Below are positions 9,925-19,341 of a stretch of DNA of 64,000 nucleotides, in pieces. The notes beneath the pieces were generated by a model. That model did no database searches. It was not told where the DNA came from and worked only from the letters and a program-made list of their open reading frames with translations. The position numbers were made by a program, and so were the translations under genes. The DNA comes from a virus. The stretch lies in the IMG/VR virus record IMGVR_UViG_3300033153_010139, positions 55,267 through 119,266 of that record; one strand, given 5' to 3'. Position 1 is the stretch's first letter. Every line of letters starts with the position of its first letter.

Positions 9925-11373
9925 ATGGCCATCAGCTTTGGTGACGCCTCTGTTCTGCCCGCTGCCGATGCCGTTCCGACGCCCGATGTCTGGGGTGTGC
10001 GTGAGCACACGTTCACCGGCACGCTGAACCTGCTGGACACGGACAAGACGGTTCAGATCCTCGACGGTTCCAGTACGCCGGTCGTCAACCTGCCGACGAG
10101 TACGGTAGACAACCCGTTCTTCGTGCTGATCAACGCTGGCATAGAAGAATTCCTGGTCGGTATGCCAACCAGTGGCCGCTCGTTCACGCTCGCCGTTGGT
10201 GAGGGCGTCCAAGTCTTCTCTGACGGGTCGGTCGAGTGGTATGGTTCGCCGGACAATCTCAAAACGCAGACCGGGCTGGCGGTCCTTCACTACGGTGGCA
10301 GATGCTACACCATCGGTGGCAATCCCTACGGCCCCCCTGCAGGCTACTGGGTGGACACGCAGATCACGCAGATCACCACCACAGAAACGGTCACTTCTTG
10401 GTCGATGCCGGTGTCTGGGAGACTCGTCGGGTTTGCCTGTCGGTATCAGACTTCCGTGATCTTCAGTTTGAAGATTTACAAGAACGGCATCCTCTCTGAG
10501 TCGAAGACAGAACTCGCGAGCACCACGTCCCGATACTACGGTGACGAGTTCTTTACGACGTTTGTCGCCGGGGATCGGTTGTCGGTCGCCAATAGCGGTA
10601 CCGTCTCGACCGGCGAGGGGGGTTATCAGTACTTTGTTGAGCTGTACGGTATCGACGCGGTCCTTGACTTCACCAGCATCATGAGTACCTCCTACCGCTG
10701 GCCAATCGTCAATACGCCCTACACGCTCCAAGGGTCCTCGACTTATGTGACCTACAACTGCGATCACATTGTGCCGATTGCCCTGACGATGCGCGGCGTC
10801 TCCTACGATTTACAGAATGCGGGGGTACACGTCTTCGAGATCGTCAAGAACGGCACCGATTCTGGCGTGACTTTCACGACGGACGCGTTGCTGAAGGTCG
10901 GTACCGCCCCATTGTCCGGCGCGCTGTCGTTCGCTGCTGGTGATCGCATCGCGCTTCATCTGACCAGCGCTACCAACCCAAATCAATCAAGAGTCACCTG
11001 CCTGTTCGCCGCTACGCCCACGAAGTTCTATCGGTGGGGCGGTGCCGCCGGCAGCGCCAGCTACTACTACATGCCGTTTGCGTATCCTTCCAGGAGCATC
11101 AGCAACTCGGCGATTGGCTACAGAACCTCGATTTACATGCCTGTTGCCGGTACCGTGGTCGCGCTTGCGCACACGAGGCGTTACACGGGAACATTGGGCG
11201 TTCAGCTCTACAAGAACGGTATGCTCTCAGAGGTCGTCACCACTGTGACCGCCCCTGGTGGCGTAGATTCTTCCATGAGCACGACCGTAGTCCCCGGCGA
11301 CTACTTAGACGTCAAACATCCTGCTTCGGGCACCTCACCTGGAGCATCCTCAATCATCGTGGCCATAAGGTAG
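9925..11373 (+). CDS. Virion structural/receptor-binding-like protein
   Basis: Three repeated beta modules with 'IYKNG/IVKNG/LYKNG...AGDRL'. Confidence 0.6.
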   Translation: MAISFGDASVLPAADAVPTPDVWGVREHTFTGTLNLLDTDKTVQILDGSSTPVVNLPTSTVDNPFFVLINAGIEEFLVGMPTSGRSFTLAVGEGVQVFSDGSVEWYGSPDNLKTQTGLAVLHYGGRCYTIGGNPYGPPAGYWVDTQITQITTTETVTSWSMPVSGRLVGFACRYQTSVIFSLKIYKNGILSESKTELASTTSRYYGDEFFTTFVAGDRLSVANSGTVSTGEGGYQYFVELYGIDAVLDFTSIMSTSYRWPIVNTPYTLQGSSTYVTYNCDHIVPIALTMRGVSYDLQNAGVHVFEIVKNGTDSGVTFTTDALLKVGTAPLSGALSFAAGDRIALHLTSATNPNQSRVTCLFAATPTKFYRWGGAAGSASYYYMPFAYPSRSISNSAIGYRTSIYMPVAGTVVALAHTRRYTGTLGVQLYKNGMLSEVVTTVTAPGGVDSSMSTTVVPGDYLDVKHPASGTSPGASSIIVAIR

Positions 11374-11377
11374 ATCA

Positions 11378-11899
11378 ATGGAAACCAGGACAGCATGGCT
11401 CATTACAGAGAGCGGCACGCCTCACTCGCTCTCCTTCGGGAACTACAAGAACCCGTCCCAGGAAGCGGACGAGAGTAAGCGCTCTTGGGCCGCAGCGCTT
11501 AACGAAACACAAGAGGCTGACCCGAACTTCGATGCCACGATGACGGCCTGGAAGGCCGCGTCAACTATCCCCGGGCGCATGGGCCACGCGAGCGCGGGCG
11601 CCGGCCTCACTGGGCGCACGCTCACCATAGCCGGCGTCACTTGGGATCTCGACGACGCCGGGCGCGCCCAAGGCGCAGGCATGGAAAACTTCCCGCCAGA
11701 CGGCACGCTCATCGATGCAACGGCGGCTGTTACCTTTGCGGAAGCCCTCGAAGGGGATCTCGAATTTGTCGAGGCGACGACGCTGAAGCGGGTCAAGGTC
11801 TGGTGCACCGAAGACCCGGCCGATCCATACGAGGGCGGCTTCGATTCCGCACTGTATCGCCAGGACTCGGACGAGAGCGTCGTTCGCGTAGACGCGTAG
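11378..11899 (+). CDS. Hypothetical protein
   Basis: 173 aa, collinear. Confidence 0.55.
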   Translation: METRTAWLITESGTPHSLSFGNYKNPSQEADESKRSWAAALNETQEADPNFDATMTAWKAASTIPGRMGHASAGAGLTGRTLTIAGVTWDLDDAGRAQGAGMENFPPDGTLIDATAAVTFAEALEGDLEFVEATTLKRVKVWCTEDPADPYEGGFDSALYRQDSDESVVRVDA

Positions 11900-11908
11900 G
11901 AGACTGCC

Positions 11909-14464
11909 ATGGTCGTTAGCGTAGGAGACGTCGGTCCCGGTCTCTCGGTTGTCTGCCAAGTGCGGCGCACGACAAACTACACCGTAACCGGGGCGTGGGC
12001 CGACATCGCGTTCGACGCCGTGGACGTCGAAACGAACGACGCTGAGATCGAGCACGACTACGGCGGCGGCGGGACCGACCGGATCTACGTGAAGACGGCC
12101 GGCACGTACAGAGTCTCCATCCAAGGCCATTACTACGCGGGCGCGACCGGCGCCGCTTATGTACGTCTGCGGGTGAACGACACTACGGTCGTGAACGGTT
12201 CCACCTGGCGTACCTACCAACAGAACGTGGATGATCCTTTCGCCCGCTCGGTCGAAGTGCCACTCAGCGCTGGTGATTTCCTGACGTGGCAGGCTTACGA
12301 CTCTGTCACAGGGGCCTCCTTTACGGATCCTCTGCTCTTTACTGTCAGCCACTACACAGGCTCGACCGGAGCAGACGGCGCCGATGGCGACATCGTCTGG
12401 GCCAACGCCTGGACCTCGCAGAACTACACGATCAACCAGGCCGTCTCCTACCTGGGCTCGTCCTACGTCTGCAAGCTGGACACGGTCTCGTCGGAGGTGC
12501 CGACGGACACGACCTATTGGGACGTGCTCGCCGCGAAGGGCGAGGTGGGAGATGCCGGCGCGCCGAACGTGCCGATGGTCCAGGCTCGCGAATCGTCCGC
12601 GATCACGCTCGGGGCTTCGTGGGCTGACATCCCGTTTGACACCACCGACGTCGAAACGGCCGACACAGAGATCAAGCACCACGACAGCAACACCGACCAA
12701 ATCCACGTCTACACGACTGGCGTCTATGACGTGACGGTCGAGGGGACTGCGAGCTTCAACAACACCGGGATCGAGCTGCGGGTCAGGAGTAACGACACTA
12801 CGGTGATTCCCGGCTCCGTGATCGAGAAGCACTGGGGAGCCGGGACCACGAACGCATCCTTCAGCAAGTCCTTTTTGGTGACACTTACGGCCGGCGACTA
12901 TCTCACGGTGCAGGGACAGTACGCGACCGCCCCCCGTGGCATTCTGGCTGACATGCTGTTCTCCGTCCGCCGCTACGTCGGCATCGAAGGCGAGAAGGGC
13001 GACACCGGCGACACGGGGTTGACCGGCCCAGCTGGCGCCGCCGAGCCCACCGCCGGCGGCTTCGGCTACAACGCCGCGACGATTACGACCGACAAGACGC
13101 TCACCGATTCCGACGACACGATCCAGACGCTCACGTGCAACACTGCCGACCTGAAGGTGCTTCTGCCGACGATTACCGAAGACACGCCATTCTTCTTGTT
13201 GGTCAACCCGGCCACATCTTCGTACTCCTACGACATCGCCGACGCGAACGGCGTTACTCGCGTCACATGCGAGCCGGGCCAGCAGGTCAAGGTCCAGACG
13301 GATGCCGTGGACTCATTCCTGACGGTGCTCGATAACGTCCCGTCCACTGTTGGCTTCATCACGTTCCCGTTCGGCGGCTACTGCCATTCGTCCTACGTCG
13401 GTCGCTACTACCAGACGAACTACGAGTATTACGCCCAAGCCGTCACCTCCGGTCTCACCTATGCGAACGAGTACACCGTCCCCGTCGATGGCACGATCAA
13501 GTACATAACCTTCGCTTGCCAATCCGCTGTGGATTCGACATTCAAGATTGTTATCAACGGTACGCCCGGCGCGGGAATAACGCTTGCCGGCACGTACTTC
13601 GCGAATGAGGAAATTGATATTGCCGTGTCTGCTGGCGACACCATCGCGTTGGAGTTCGACGCATACGCGTCGGCGCCGAACTACTCGGTGGCCTGTCTCT
13701 ACATGGAGGCTGACTCGGGCGCGGGCTACACCAGCAAACCGTTCGGAGCGTACCTGCAGAGCGTGAACTACTTCCACGAGGCGGGTGGGCGCGCTACCAG
13801 CAGCCAGCTTTCGTCTGAAGCCTCGAACGGGGCCAGAACGACGCTGAACAACTGCACGCTGAGCGAAGTTAGCTGGCGTACAGAGAACACCATGGCGACC
13901 CAAGAGCTTTCAGCCTTCAAGAACGGCATCTTGTCTGAGACCAAAGCCTACGGAACAGGTACGTCTGGCGTTATGACAGGCTGGGCGACGCATTATGCCC
14001 CCGGAGATGACTGTGCCTTCCGCGCGACCACGGCCGCCCCTTTTCGCGTGCAGCTGCTTGCCGCCTTCTCTGGTAGTGGATCTACCGCTCTAGAACACTA
14101 CGGCTCCGCGGTGACTACCAACTACTGGCAGTACAACAGGTACAACCAGAAGACGAACAATGGAGGAAGTAATCCCGCACTGAATATTCGGTACGAGTAC
14201 GTTCACGTGATCCCCCAGACCGGCCTGATCACCGGTTTCACGCTCAGCGCTGGCCTGAACTCCGGCAGTAAGCCTATGACCGTGGCGGTTGTTGGGAGTG
14301 GCGGCAGTGAGTCCGCCACCGTAGTACTGGTGGATTACCGGGGTTACGCGGAGTTTGACGCGCCCATTCCCGTGGTGGCCGGTGACTACGTCTACATCTA
14401 CCCCGCCGATACGACGAACCTCTCCTCTGGAACCTTCAGCTTGATGTACAAGATCATCGACTAG
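11909..14464 (+). CDS. Tail fibre protein with C1q-like domains and short collagen-like repeats
   Basis: Two 'WADI.FD..DVET...EI.H' domains; Gly-X-Y runs (GEKGDTGDTGLTGPAG); 'VSYLGSSYVC...YWDVLAAKG' module. Confidence 0.7.
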   Translation: MVVSVGDVGPGLSVVCQVRRTTNYTVTGAWADIAFDAVDVETNDAEIEHDYGGGGTDRIYVKTAGTYRVSIQGHYYAGATGAAYVRLRVNDTTVVNGSTWRTYQQNVDDPFARSVEVPLSAGDFLTWQAYDSVTGASFTDPLLFTVSHYTGSTGADGADGDIVWANAWTSQNYTINQAVSYLGSSYVCKLDTVSSEVPTDTTYWDVLAAKGEVGDAGAPNVPMVQARESSAITLGASWADIPFDTTDVETADTEIKHHDSNTDQIHVYTTGVYDVTVEGTASFNNTGIELRVRSNDTTVIPGSVIEKHWGAGTTNASFSKSFLVTLTAGDYLTVQGQYATAPRGILADMLFSVRRYVGIEGEKGDTGDTGLTGPAGAAEPTAGGFGYNAATITTDKTLTDSDDTIQTLTCNTADLKVLLPTITEDTPFFLLVNPATSSYSYDIADANGVTRVTCEPGQQVKVQTDAVDSFLTVLDNVPSTVGFITFPFGGYCHSSYVGRYYQTNYEYYAQAVTSGLTYANEYTVPVDGTIKYITFACQSAVDSTFKIVINGTPGAGITLAGTYFANEEIDIAVSAGDTIALEFDAYASAPNYSVACLYMEADSGAGYTSKPFGAYLQSVNYFHEAGGRATSSQLSSEASNGARTTLNNCTLSEVSWRTENTMATQELSAFKNGILSETKAYGTGTSGVMTGWATHYAPGDDCAFRATTAAPFRVQLLAAFSGSGSTALEHYGSAVTTNYWQYNRYNQKTNNGGSNPALNIRYEYVHVIPQTGLITGFTLSAGLNSGSKPMTVAVVGSGGSESATVVLVDYRGYAEFDAPIPVVAGDYVYIYPADTTNLSSGTFSLMYKIID

Positions 14465-14650
14465 GTCTTCACGCGGCCTGCCGTAGCGAAGACCGCGGTC
14501 CCGACGGTAGAATCGACCTACGTGCCGAACCGAGCGACCAAATACCCCATTTCCACCACACGCTGCGGTCGTCTTTCGCAGCTTGACCGTCTACTCTGAC
14601 GAGCCTAGAATGTCAGCCGACGCACGAGGTTTCGTCCCAAGGAGATTCCA

Positions 14651-15262
14651 ATGAGCATTGTCAACCGCGCACAGTTCGCCAAGTCTGTCACGGTGTCCTT
14701 CCCGAACGTGACGGCGACCACCTTCGACGTGCCTCGTCCCGTGACGACGCCCGCCGAGCCCGCCTACTGCGAGGGATCGGATCACGTCATCAAGCCCACT
14801 TCGCTGGAAGAGGACTTCGCTGGCGAGGTCGTCGTTCGCCTGCCCACCACGCTGGAACTCGCGACCGTGTTCCTGCGGAGCGTGGAAGTCCGCAAGCTGC
14901 TCCCCGCCGCCCAGAAGGGTCTCGCGGGACCGTCCTCGACCTTCCCGCACCCTCCCGGCGCCGTCTCTCCCATCTTCCCCTCCGGTGCCCCCACGGACAG
15001 CGAGCACGTCCGCTTCCTGGTGGAAGAGGCTGGCAACACGATCGAGATGTCGCAGGGCGCCGGCCACGCGCTCCTCGGTAGCCCCGATCCCACGAACCTG
15101 GCCGCTGGCGGCCTGACGCGCTCCTACCCCGGCATCACGCTGCGGGCCGGCGAGTACGTGCGGCTCACGTTCTACAACAACTCGGGCGGCGATCTCAACA
15201 ACCAGATCATCACGGCCAACTACAACATGGGCCAGTTCCACGGCGACGTGGGCCGTCCGTAG
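14651..15262 (+). CDS. Hypothetical protein (probably virion)
   Basis: AAGGAG RBS; 203 aa. Confidence 0.65.
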   Translation: MSIVNRAQFAKSVTVSFPNVTATTFDVPRPVTTPAEPAYCEGSDHVIKPTSLEEDFAGEVVVRLPTTLELATVFLRSVEVRKLLPAAQKGLAGPSSTFPHPPGAVSPIFPSGAPTDSEHVRFLVEEAGNTIEMSQGAGHALLGSPDPTNLAAGGLTRSYPGITLRAGEYVRLTFYNNSGGDLNNQIITANYNMGQFHGDVGRP

Positions 15263-15320
15263 TCAGCGCCGTCCGGCGTAACAAGACCACAGAGCAGAAA
15301 ACACCAGCAGGAGATCAATC

Positions 15321-15782
15321 ATGCACGGCGACGCACTCATCGACGCGGATGTCACCCTCACCGGCATCACCGCCTTCAACCACGCGACTGGCGCCAGTCT
15401 CGTCAAGAGTCTCAAGTTCGGGGTCGAAGAGGAGGAGATGCTCGTGGATCTCAAGGTGCTCTGCACCTTGCACCACAGCGTCGCCGACGAAGTCCTCGAC
15501 TACACCCTGTTCCTCGACGGCACGGACCTCGCGCCGCTGGCCGCCGGGCTGGGCCGTCTGGCCATGCCCTCGACGGCGGACGATCCGACCCAGCTCGCGT
15601 TCGAGCGGACCATGCGGATTCCGCAGGGCGAGCACCAGCTGCAGCTCCACCTGCGGACCGCGGCCGGCAACATCATCGTGGACGGCGCGACCTGGAACGG
15701 TTGGCTCACCGCCACGCGGCACAGCCACCCGGCGACGCTGGCGCAGGGCGTCAACAGCAAGAGCGTCGGCGGCAGCTTCTAG
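15321..15782 (+). CDS. Hypothetical protein
   Basis: AGGAG RBS; 153 aa. Confidence 0.65.
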   Translation: MHGDALIDADVTLTGITAFNHATGASLVKSLKFGVEEEEMLVDLKVLCTLHHSVADEVLDYTLFLDGTDLAPLAAGLGRLAMPSTADDPTQLAFERTMRIPQGEHQLQLHLRTAAGNIIVDGATWNGWLTATRHSHPATLAQGVNSKSVGGSF

Positions 15783-15849
15783 CCTTCGGGCTCGGGATCG
15801 GAATCTCCGCAACGGGGGCGCCATCGTGCGCCCTCGTTGTCATCCCCGG

Positions 15850-16410
15850 TCAGCGCTGACTCTGGAGGCGCTTGATCCGCCCGCGGCGCTCGCGGATCTC
15901 CCGCTTGAGCTTCTTGACCGCAGACTCGGCGCGCTTCCGCTTCTTCTCCCATGCGGCTAGCTTGGCCTCGGCCTTCGTGATCTCGGCCTTCTGGTAGGCC
16001 ACGCCGGTCAGCTTCTCGGGCTCCGACGGCAGCGGCTTGATCCGCACGCGCCGGCCCTCGGCCCACTTCGGGACCGTCTTGTACCACCGGCACTTCTCCT
16101 TCGTGCCCTGGACGTACCACGAGACCAGAGAGCAGAGGTCGATGAGGACCGGCTGCGGTATCGCGGCGCCGCCGCTGGCGAGGCCGCCCAGCTGATCGAT
16201 CGCGTCCACGGCGAGGCGCTCGGTGCGAATGATCTTCAGCGTGTTGCCGTGCGCGGTGACGGAGTGCTGGCGCGGGGCGTAGTAGACGACGCTCAGCGTG
16301 AGGTTGCGGAGGGGCCCGCCAGCCATGCTGACGCCCGAGTAGCTCGCGCACGCGCAGAACAGGCCCCGGATGTCCCTCCCATCGTAGCGGGTCTCGTTCT
16401 GGATCTTCAC
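15850..16410 (-). CDS. Hypothetical protein with internal tag (DAIDQLGGLA) and C-terminal coiled coil
   Basis: GTG at 16410 just after the upstream stop; the longer ORF-track start overlaps 16419..16955. Confidence 0.6.
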   Translation of the reverse strand: MKIQNETRYDGRDIRGLFCACASYSGVSMAGGPLRNLTLSVVYYAPRQHSVTAHGNTLKIIRTERLAVDAIDQLGGLASGGAAIPQPVLIDLCSLVSWYVQGTKEKCRWYKTVPKWAEGRRVRIKPLPSEPEKLTGVAYQKAEITKAEAKLAAWEKKRKRAESAVKKLKREIRERRGRIKRLQSQR

Positions 16411-16418
16411 CGGGCGGG

Positions 16419-16955
16419 CTACTCCCCGCGCTGGATCCGACCGAAGAGGCTGCCCAGGAGCGCCCCGGCCCGCAGCTCGGGCGGGGGGATCGCCGGGCGA
16501 TCCTCGGGCACCGGCTTCGCGGGCGTCGTCGGGCAGGTGATCTGAGCCGCCAAAGCCATCTCGGGCTCCTGGGCGGGCTCCTGGGGCTCCTGGGGGGCCT
16601 CTGGTGCCTGGGCCGCGGGCTCGATCCCGGCCTCGGGGAGCGTGACCGGGTCCGCCTCCGGGCGGGGCACCGGCTTGGGCTTCGGCTTGGGCTTGGGCGT
16701 CGCCTCGGCCTTGCCCTCGACCTGATCGAGCAGGCGCTGGATGGCCTTCCTGCGCTTGGGGGTTGGGCCCTCGTCGATCAGGCCCCGAAGCACGCCGGCC
16801 AGCGCAGCCAGCTCCTCGGTGTCGCCGTCCGGCAGATTCCACCGGACCTGGACCTTCCACTTCTTCGCGTAGGCGTCGAGCCAGGCGGACAGCTCCTCGG
16901 ATGCCGCGTCGTGGATCGCGTTGTAGAGCTTGTAGGACGTGAGCAGCAGTTTCAT
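16419..16955 (-). CDS. Hypothetical protein, Pro/Lys/Glu-rich tail
   Basis: AAGGA RBS; GGGTAGAAC motif upstream. Confidence 0.7.
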   Translation of the reverse strand: MKLLLTSYKLYNAIHDAASEELSAWLDAYAKKWKVQVRWNLPDGDTEELAALAGVLRGLIDEGPTPKRRKAIQRLLDQVEGKAEATPKPKPKPKPVPRPEADPVTLPEAGIEPAAQAPEAPQEPQEPAQEPEMALAAQITCPTTPAKPVPEDRPAIPPPELRAGALLGSLFGRIQRGE

Positions 16956-17025
16956 GGCGTAGTCCTTTCTCTGTGTTCTACCCGGCTGTGCGGGGTCAGG
17001 TGTTGCGCGCTCAGAATCTGGCGCA

Positions 17026-17958
17026 TTAGGCCGCCGCCCCGTTGTCGTCGGTCTTGGGCTTGGTCCGCAGGCTGTCCAGCGAGACGGGCGCGGACTTGGG
17101 CTGCTGGAGCAGGAGACCCTGCACCAGAGCCGCGATCGTGCTGCTGCTCGTCTCGGGGAGACCGGCGGCCTCGACCAGGGCGGAAATCGCCGCGTCGATG
17201 GGGTGGGGCGGGAGCTTGGCGGCCGTCTTGACCTCGACGACCGTCTTGGGCTCGGGCGCGGGCTCGGCGACCGCGAGGATCGTGACCGGCATCTCCTCTG
17301 CTATCTCGGCAGCTTGCTTGAGGACGCTCTTGACGACGTCATCGGGCATCGAGCCGCTCGGATCCATCTCGACCGGCGCCAGGGCCGCGAGCTTCTCGAT
17401 CGTGCTGACCTTGACGTTGGCCATCTCGACGCCCAGGAGCTTCGCGCAGACAGGCCCGAGGCCGGTCTTGATCGAGGCGGGCACCGTCAGGGGAGCGGCG
17501 CAGCGACCGCAGATCCCGCGCTGCCAGACCTGGATCTTGTGACCGGCTTCCTTGCCGTCCACGAGCCAAGCGATCACGTCGCCGATCATGTTGATGTTGA
17601 CGGCGGTGGCGTGCTGGTTCTTCTTGGTGCCCTGCGTGGTGCGGAACCGGCGGGCGCCGTGCGTGTCGTCCACGCAGCCGAGGTACTTGTAGGAGCGCGT
17701 GTTGTCATCGCCGCAGAGCAGGTAGACGAACCAGCGATCCTTCTCGACCTGCTCGACGGTTCCGTCGGCCTGCTTGACGTCGTCCACGGCCCGCTTGATG
17801 TAGTAGGTGTGGCGGACGCTGCTCGCCTTCTCGACGAGGGTAGTGACCGCGTGCCCGGCCAGCATGAACTTGAGGCAGTTCGGTCCCCAGGGGAGGGCCA
17901 TGCCCGGGTCGAGCGTCTTCTTCGCCAGATTCTTCGTGCTTACGTGCTTGAGTGCCAT
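17026..17958 (-). CDS. DUF6011-like zinc-binding protein with tag (STIEKLAALA)
   Basis: 'CGRCAAPLTVPASIKTGLGPVC'; AAGGA RBS. Confidence 0.7.
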   Translation of the reverse strand: MALKHVSTKNLAKKTLDPGMALPWGPNCLKFMLAGHAVTTLVEKASSVRHTYYIKRAVDDVKQADGTVEQVEKDRWFVYLLCGDDNTRSYKYLGCVDDTHGARRFRTTQGTKKNQHATAVNINMIGDVIAWLVDGKEAGHKIQVWQRGICGRCAAPLTVPASIKTGLGPVCAKLLGVEMANVKVSTIEKLAALAPVEMDPSGSMPDDVVKSVLKQAAEIAEEMPVTILAVAEPAPEPKTVVEVKTAAKLPPHPIDAAISALVEAAGLPETSSSTIAALVQGLLLQQPKSAPVSLDSLRTKPKTDDNGAAA

Positions 17959-17981
17959 GTGGGTTTCCTTCCTTCCACTGG

Positions 17982-18011
17982 CGCCAACAACGCTGGCGCG
18001 AAGTTCTACAC
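17982..18011 (-). promoter_or_regulatory. Copy of long conserved intergenic element (inverted)
   Basis: Reverse complement GTGTAGAACTTCGCGCCAGCGTTGTTGGCG. Confidence 0.7.
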
Positions 18012-18099
18012 GATGTTCCGAGAAACATCTTGGAATCGTTCTACCCCCGTTCTGGCAATGGGTTACGGCTTGTCGCCGCCAAAGGCTTTACGGAATTCC

Positions 18100-18138
18100 G
18101 TGTAGAACTTTCGGCCAGCGTTGTTGGCGGGGTTGGAG
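18100..18138 (+). promoter_or_regulatory. 39-bp conserved intergenic element
   Basis: GTGTAGAACTTTCGGCCAGCGTTGTTGGCGGGGTTGGAG; 38/39 identical to 29568..29606. Confidence 0.8.
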
Positions 18139-18185
18139 AAGATCCTCGGGAGAACCGGGGGTAGAACAACCACGAGGAGAACACG

Positions 18186-18449
18186 ATGAACCAAGACACG
18201 GTGAGAGCCGTAATCCTGGGCGCCGCCTGCGGCGATCTGATGAAAGCTGTGGAGCTGGTTCTCGCACCGCTTGCGTGCGTCGAGTCCAATCCGGCTTCGG
18301 CCAGTGCCGCAGGACGATTCGCGGTAAGGGTTCCGATTGCCGATCTTCGCGACCTCAAAGCCAAGCACGATGGGGTGAAGCGCAGTGCTAGGATGACGGG
18401 AGCGGCCGACTGTGCCAACAGCCGACCGCGCCCTAACCCCGAGACCTGA
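18186..18449 (+). CDS. Short ORF whose N-terminus copies the ADP-ribosylglycohydrolase start (possible remnant)
   Basis: GAGGAG RBS; TVRAVILGAACGD vs TCQAVILGAGCGD in 19338..20363. Confidence 0.45.
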   Translation: MNQDTVRAVILGAACGDLMKAVELVLAPLACVESNPASASAAGRFAVRVPIADLRDLKAKHDGVKRSARMTGAADCANSRPRPNPET

Positions 18450-18450
18450 G

Positions 18451-19341
18451 ATGGAGGTCACCGTGGCTGGTACACGTTCTACCCCGAAGCTCTACTCCTA
18501 CCAGGGTCGCCAGTGGCCGCTGCGCGATCTGGCCGAAGCGCACGGCATGGACGTGGGCACGCTCAGGAGCCGCCTCTACCGCGGACTGTCCTTGGAGGCG
18601 GCGCTGGCGCGGCCGGTGGGACCGGCGAACAACCCGAGGCGCAAGCAGGCACCGCACCACAAGACCGCCAAGCGGCTGCTCGGCAACACGTACGGCGAAC
18701 TGACTGTCGTTGGCTACGAGACCGGCCCCGGCTGGAAGTGGAAGTGCCGGTGCTCGTGCGGAGCCGCGGTTCTGCGCGGCCAGAGCGACATGCTGCAAGT
18801 CGCCAGGAACAGCGTCGGCGCGTCCTGCAGCACGGCCCAACACCGCGGCGGGCTACCGCCATTCGAGACCATGCCCGAGTACTCCGTCTGGGGTTCGATG
18901 CGCGCAAGGTGCAACAACCCGAACAACAAGCGCTATCCGCGCTACGGCGGACGCGGCATCAAGGTCTGCTCTCGGTGGAATGAACCGTACAACGGCTTCC
19001 TCCGGTTCGTGCGCGACATGGGCCGCAGGCCGTCGCCGGAGTTGACCATCGAGCGCGTTGACAACGACGGTGATTACGAGCCGGACAACTGCGAGTGGGC
19101 AAGCCGGAAGCAGCAGGCGCGGAACCGCGCAACCAACCGCCACCTGACCATCGACGGTGAAACGCGGACGCTGGCCGAGTGGAGCGAGTTGCACGGAATC
19201 CACTCGGCCACCATCAGCAACAGGCTGGTCCGGGGCTGGCCACCGCGTGTTGCCGTGTCAGCGCCGCCGATGAGCCCACGCGAGATGCAACAACTGAGCG
19301 CCGCAGTGCGGCGCGAGAAACGGAAGAGGGGCGAGACATGA
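18451..19341 (+). CDS. HNH homing endonuclease
   Basis: 'YGGRGIKVCSRW...F..DMG.RPS..LTIERVDNDGDYEPDNCEWA'. Confidence 0.85.
   Translation: MEVTVAGTRSTPKLYSYQGRQWPLRDLAEAHGMDVGTLRSRLYRGLSLEAALARPVGPANNPRRKQAPHHKTAKRLLGNTYGELTVVGYETGPGWKWKCRCSCGAAVLRGQSDMLQVARNSVGASCSTAQHRGGLPPFETMPEYSVWGSMRARCNNPNNKRYPRYGGRGIKVCSRWNEPYNGFLRFVRDMGRRPSPELTIERVDNDGDYEPDNCEWASRKQQARNRATNRHLTIDGETRTLAEWSELHGIHSATISNRLVRGWPPRVAVSAPPMSPREMQQLSAAVRREKRKRGET

Noticed and set aside
698-13903. Long minus-strand and alternative-frame ORFs over the structural genes (and e.g. 53931..55616, 58232..59947)
   Set aside because: Shadow ORFs expected at high GC; Arg/Gly-rich, no motifs, and they overlap better-supported genes.
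18237-18270. Hammerhead-like CTGATGA
   Set aside because: No properly placed GAAA core or closing stems found.
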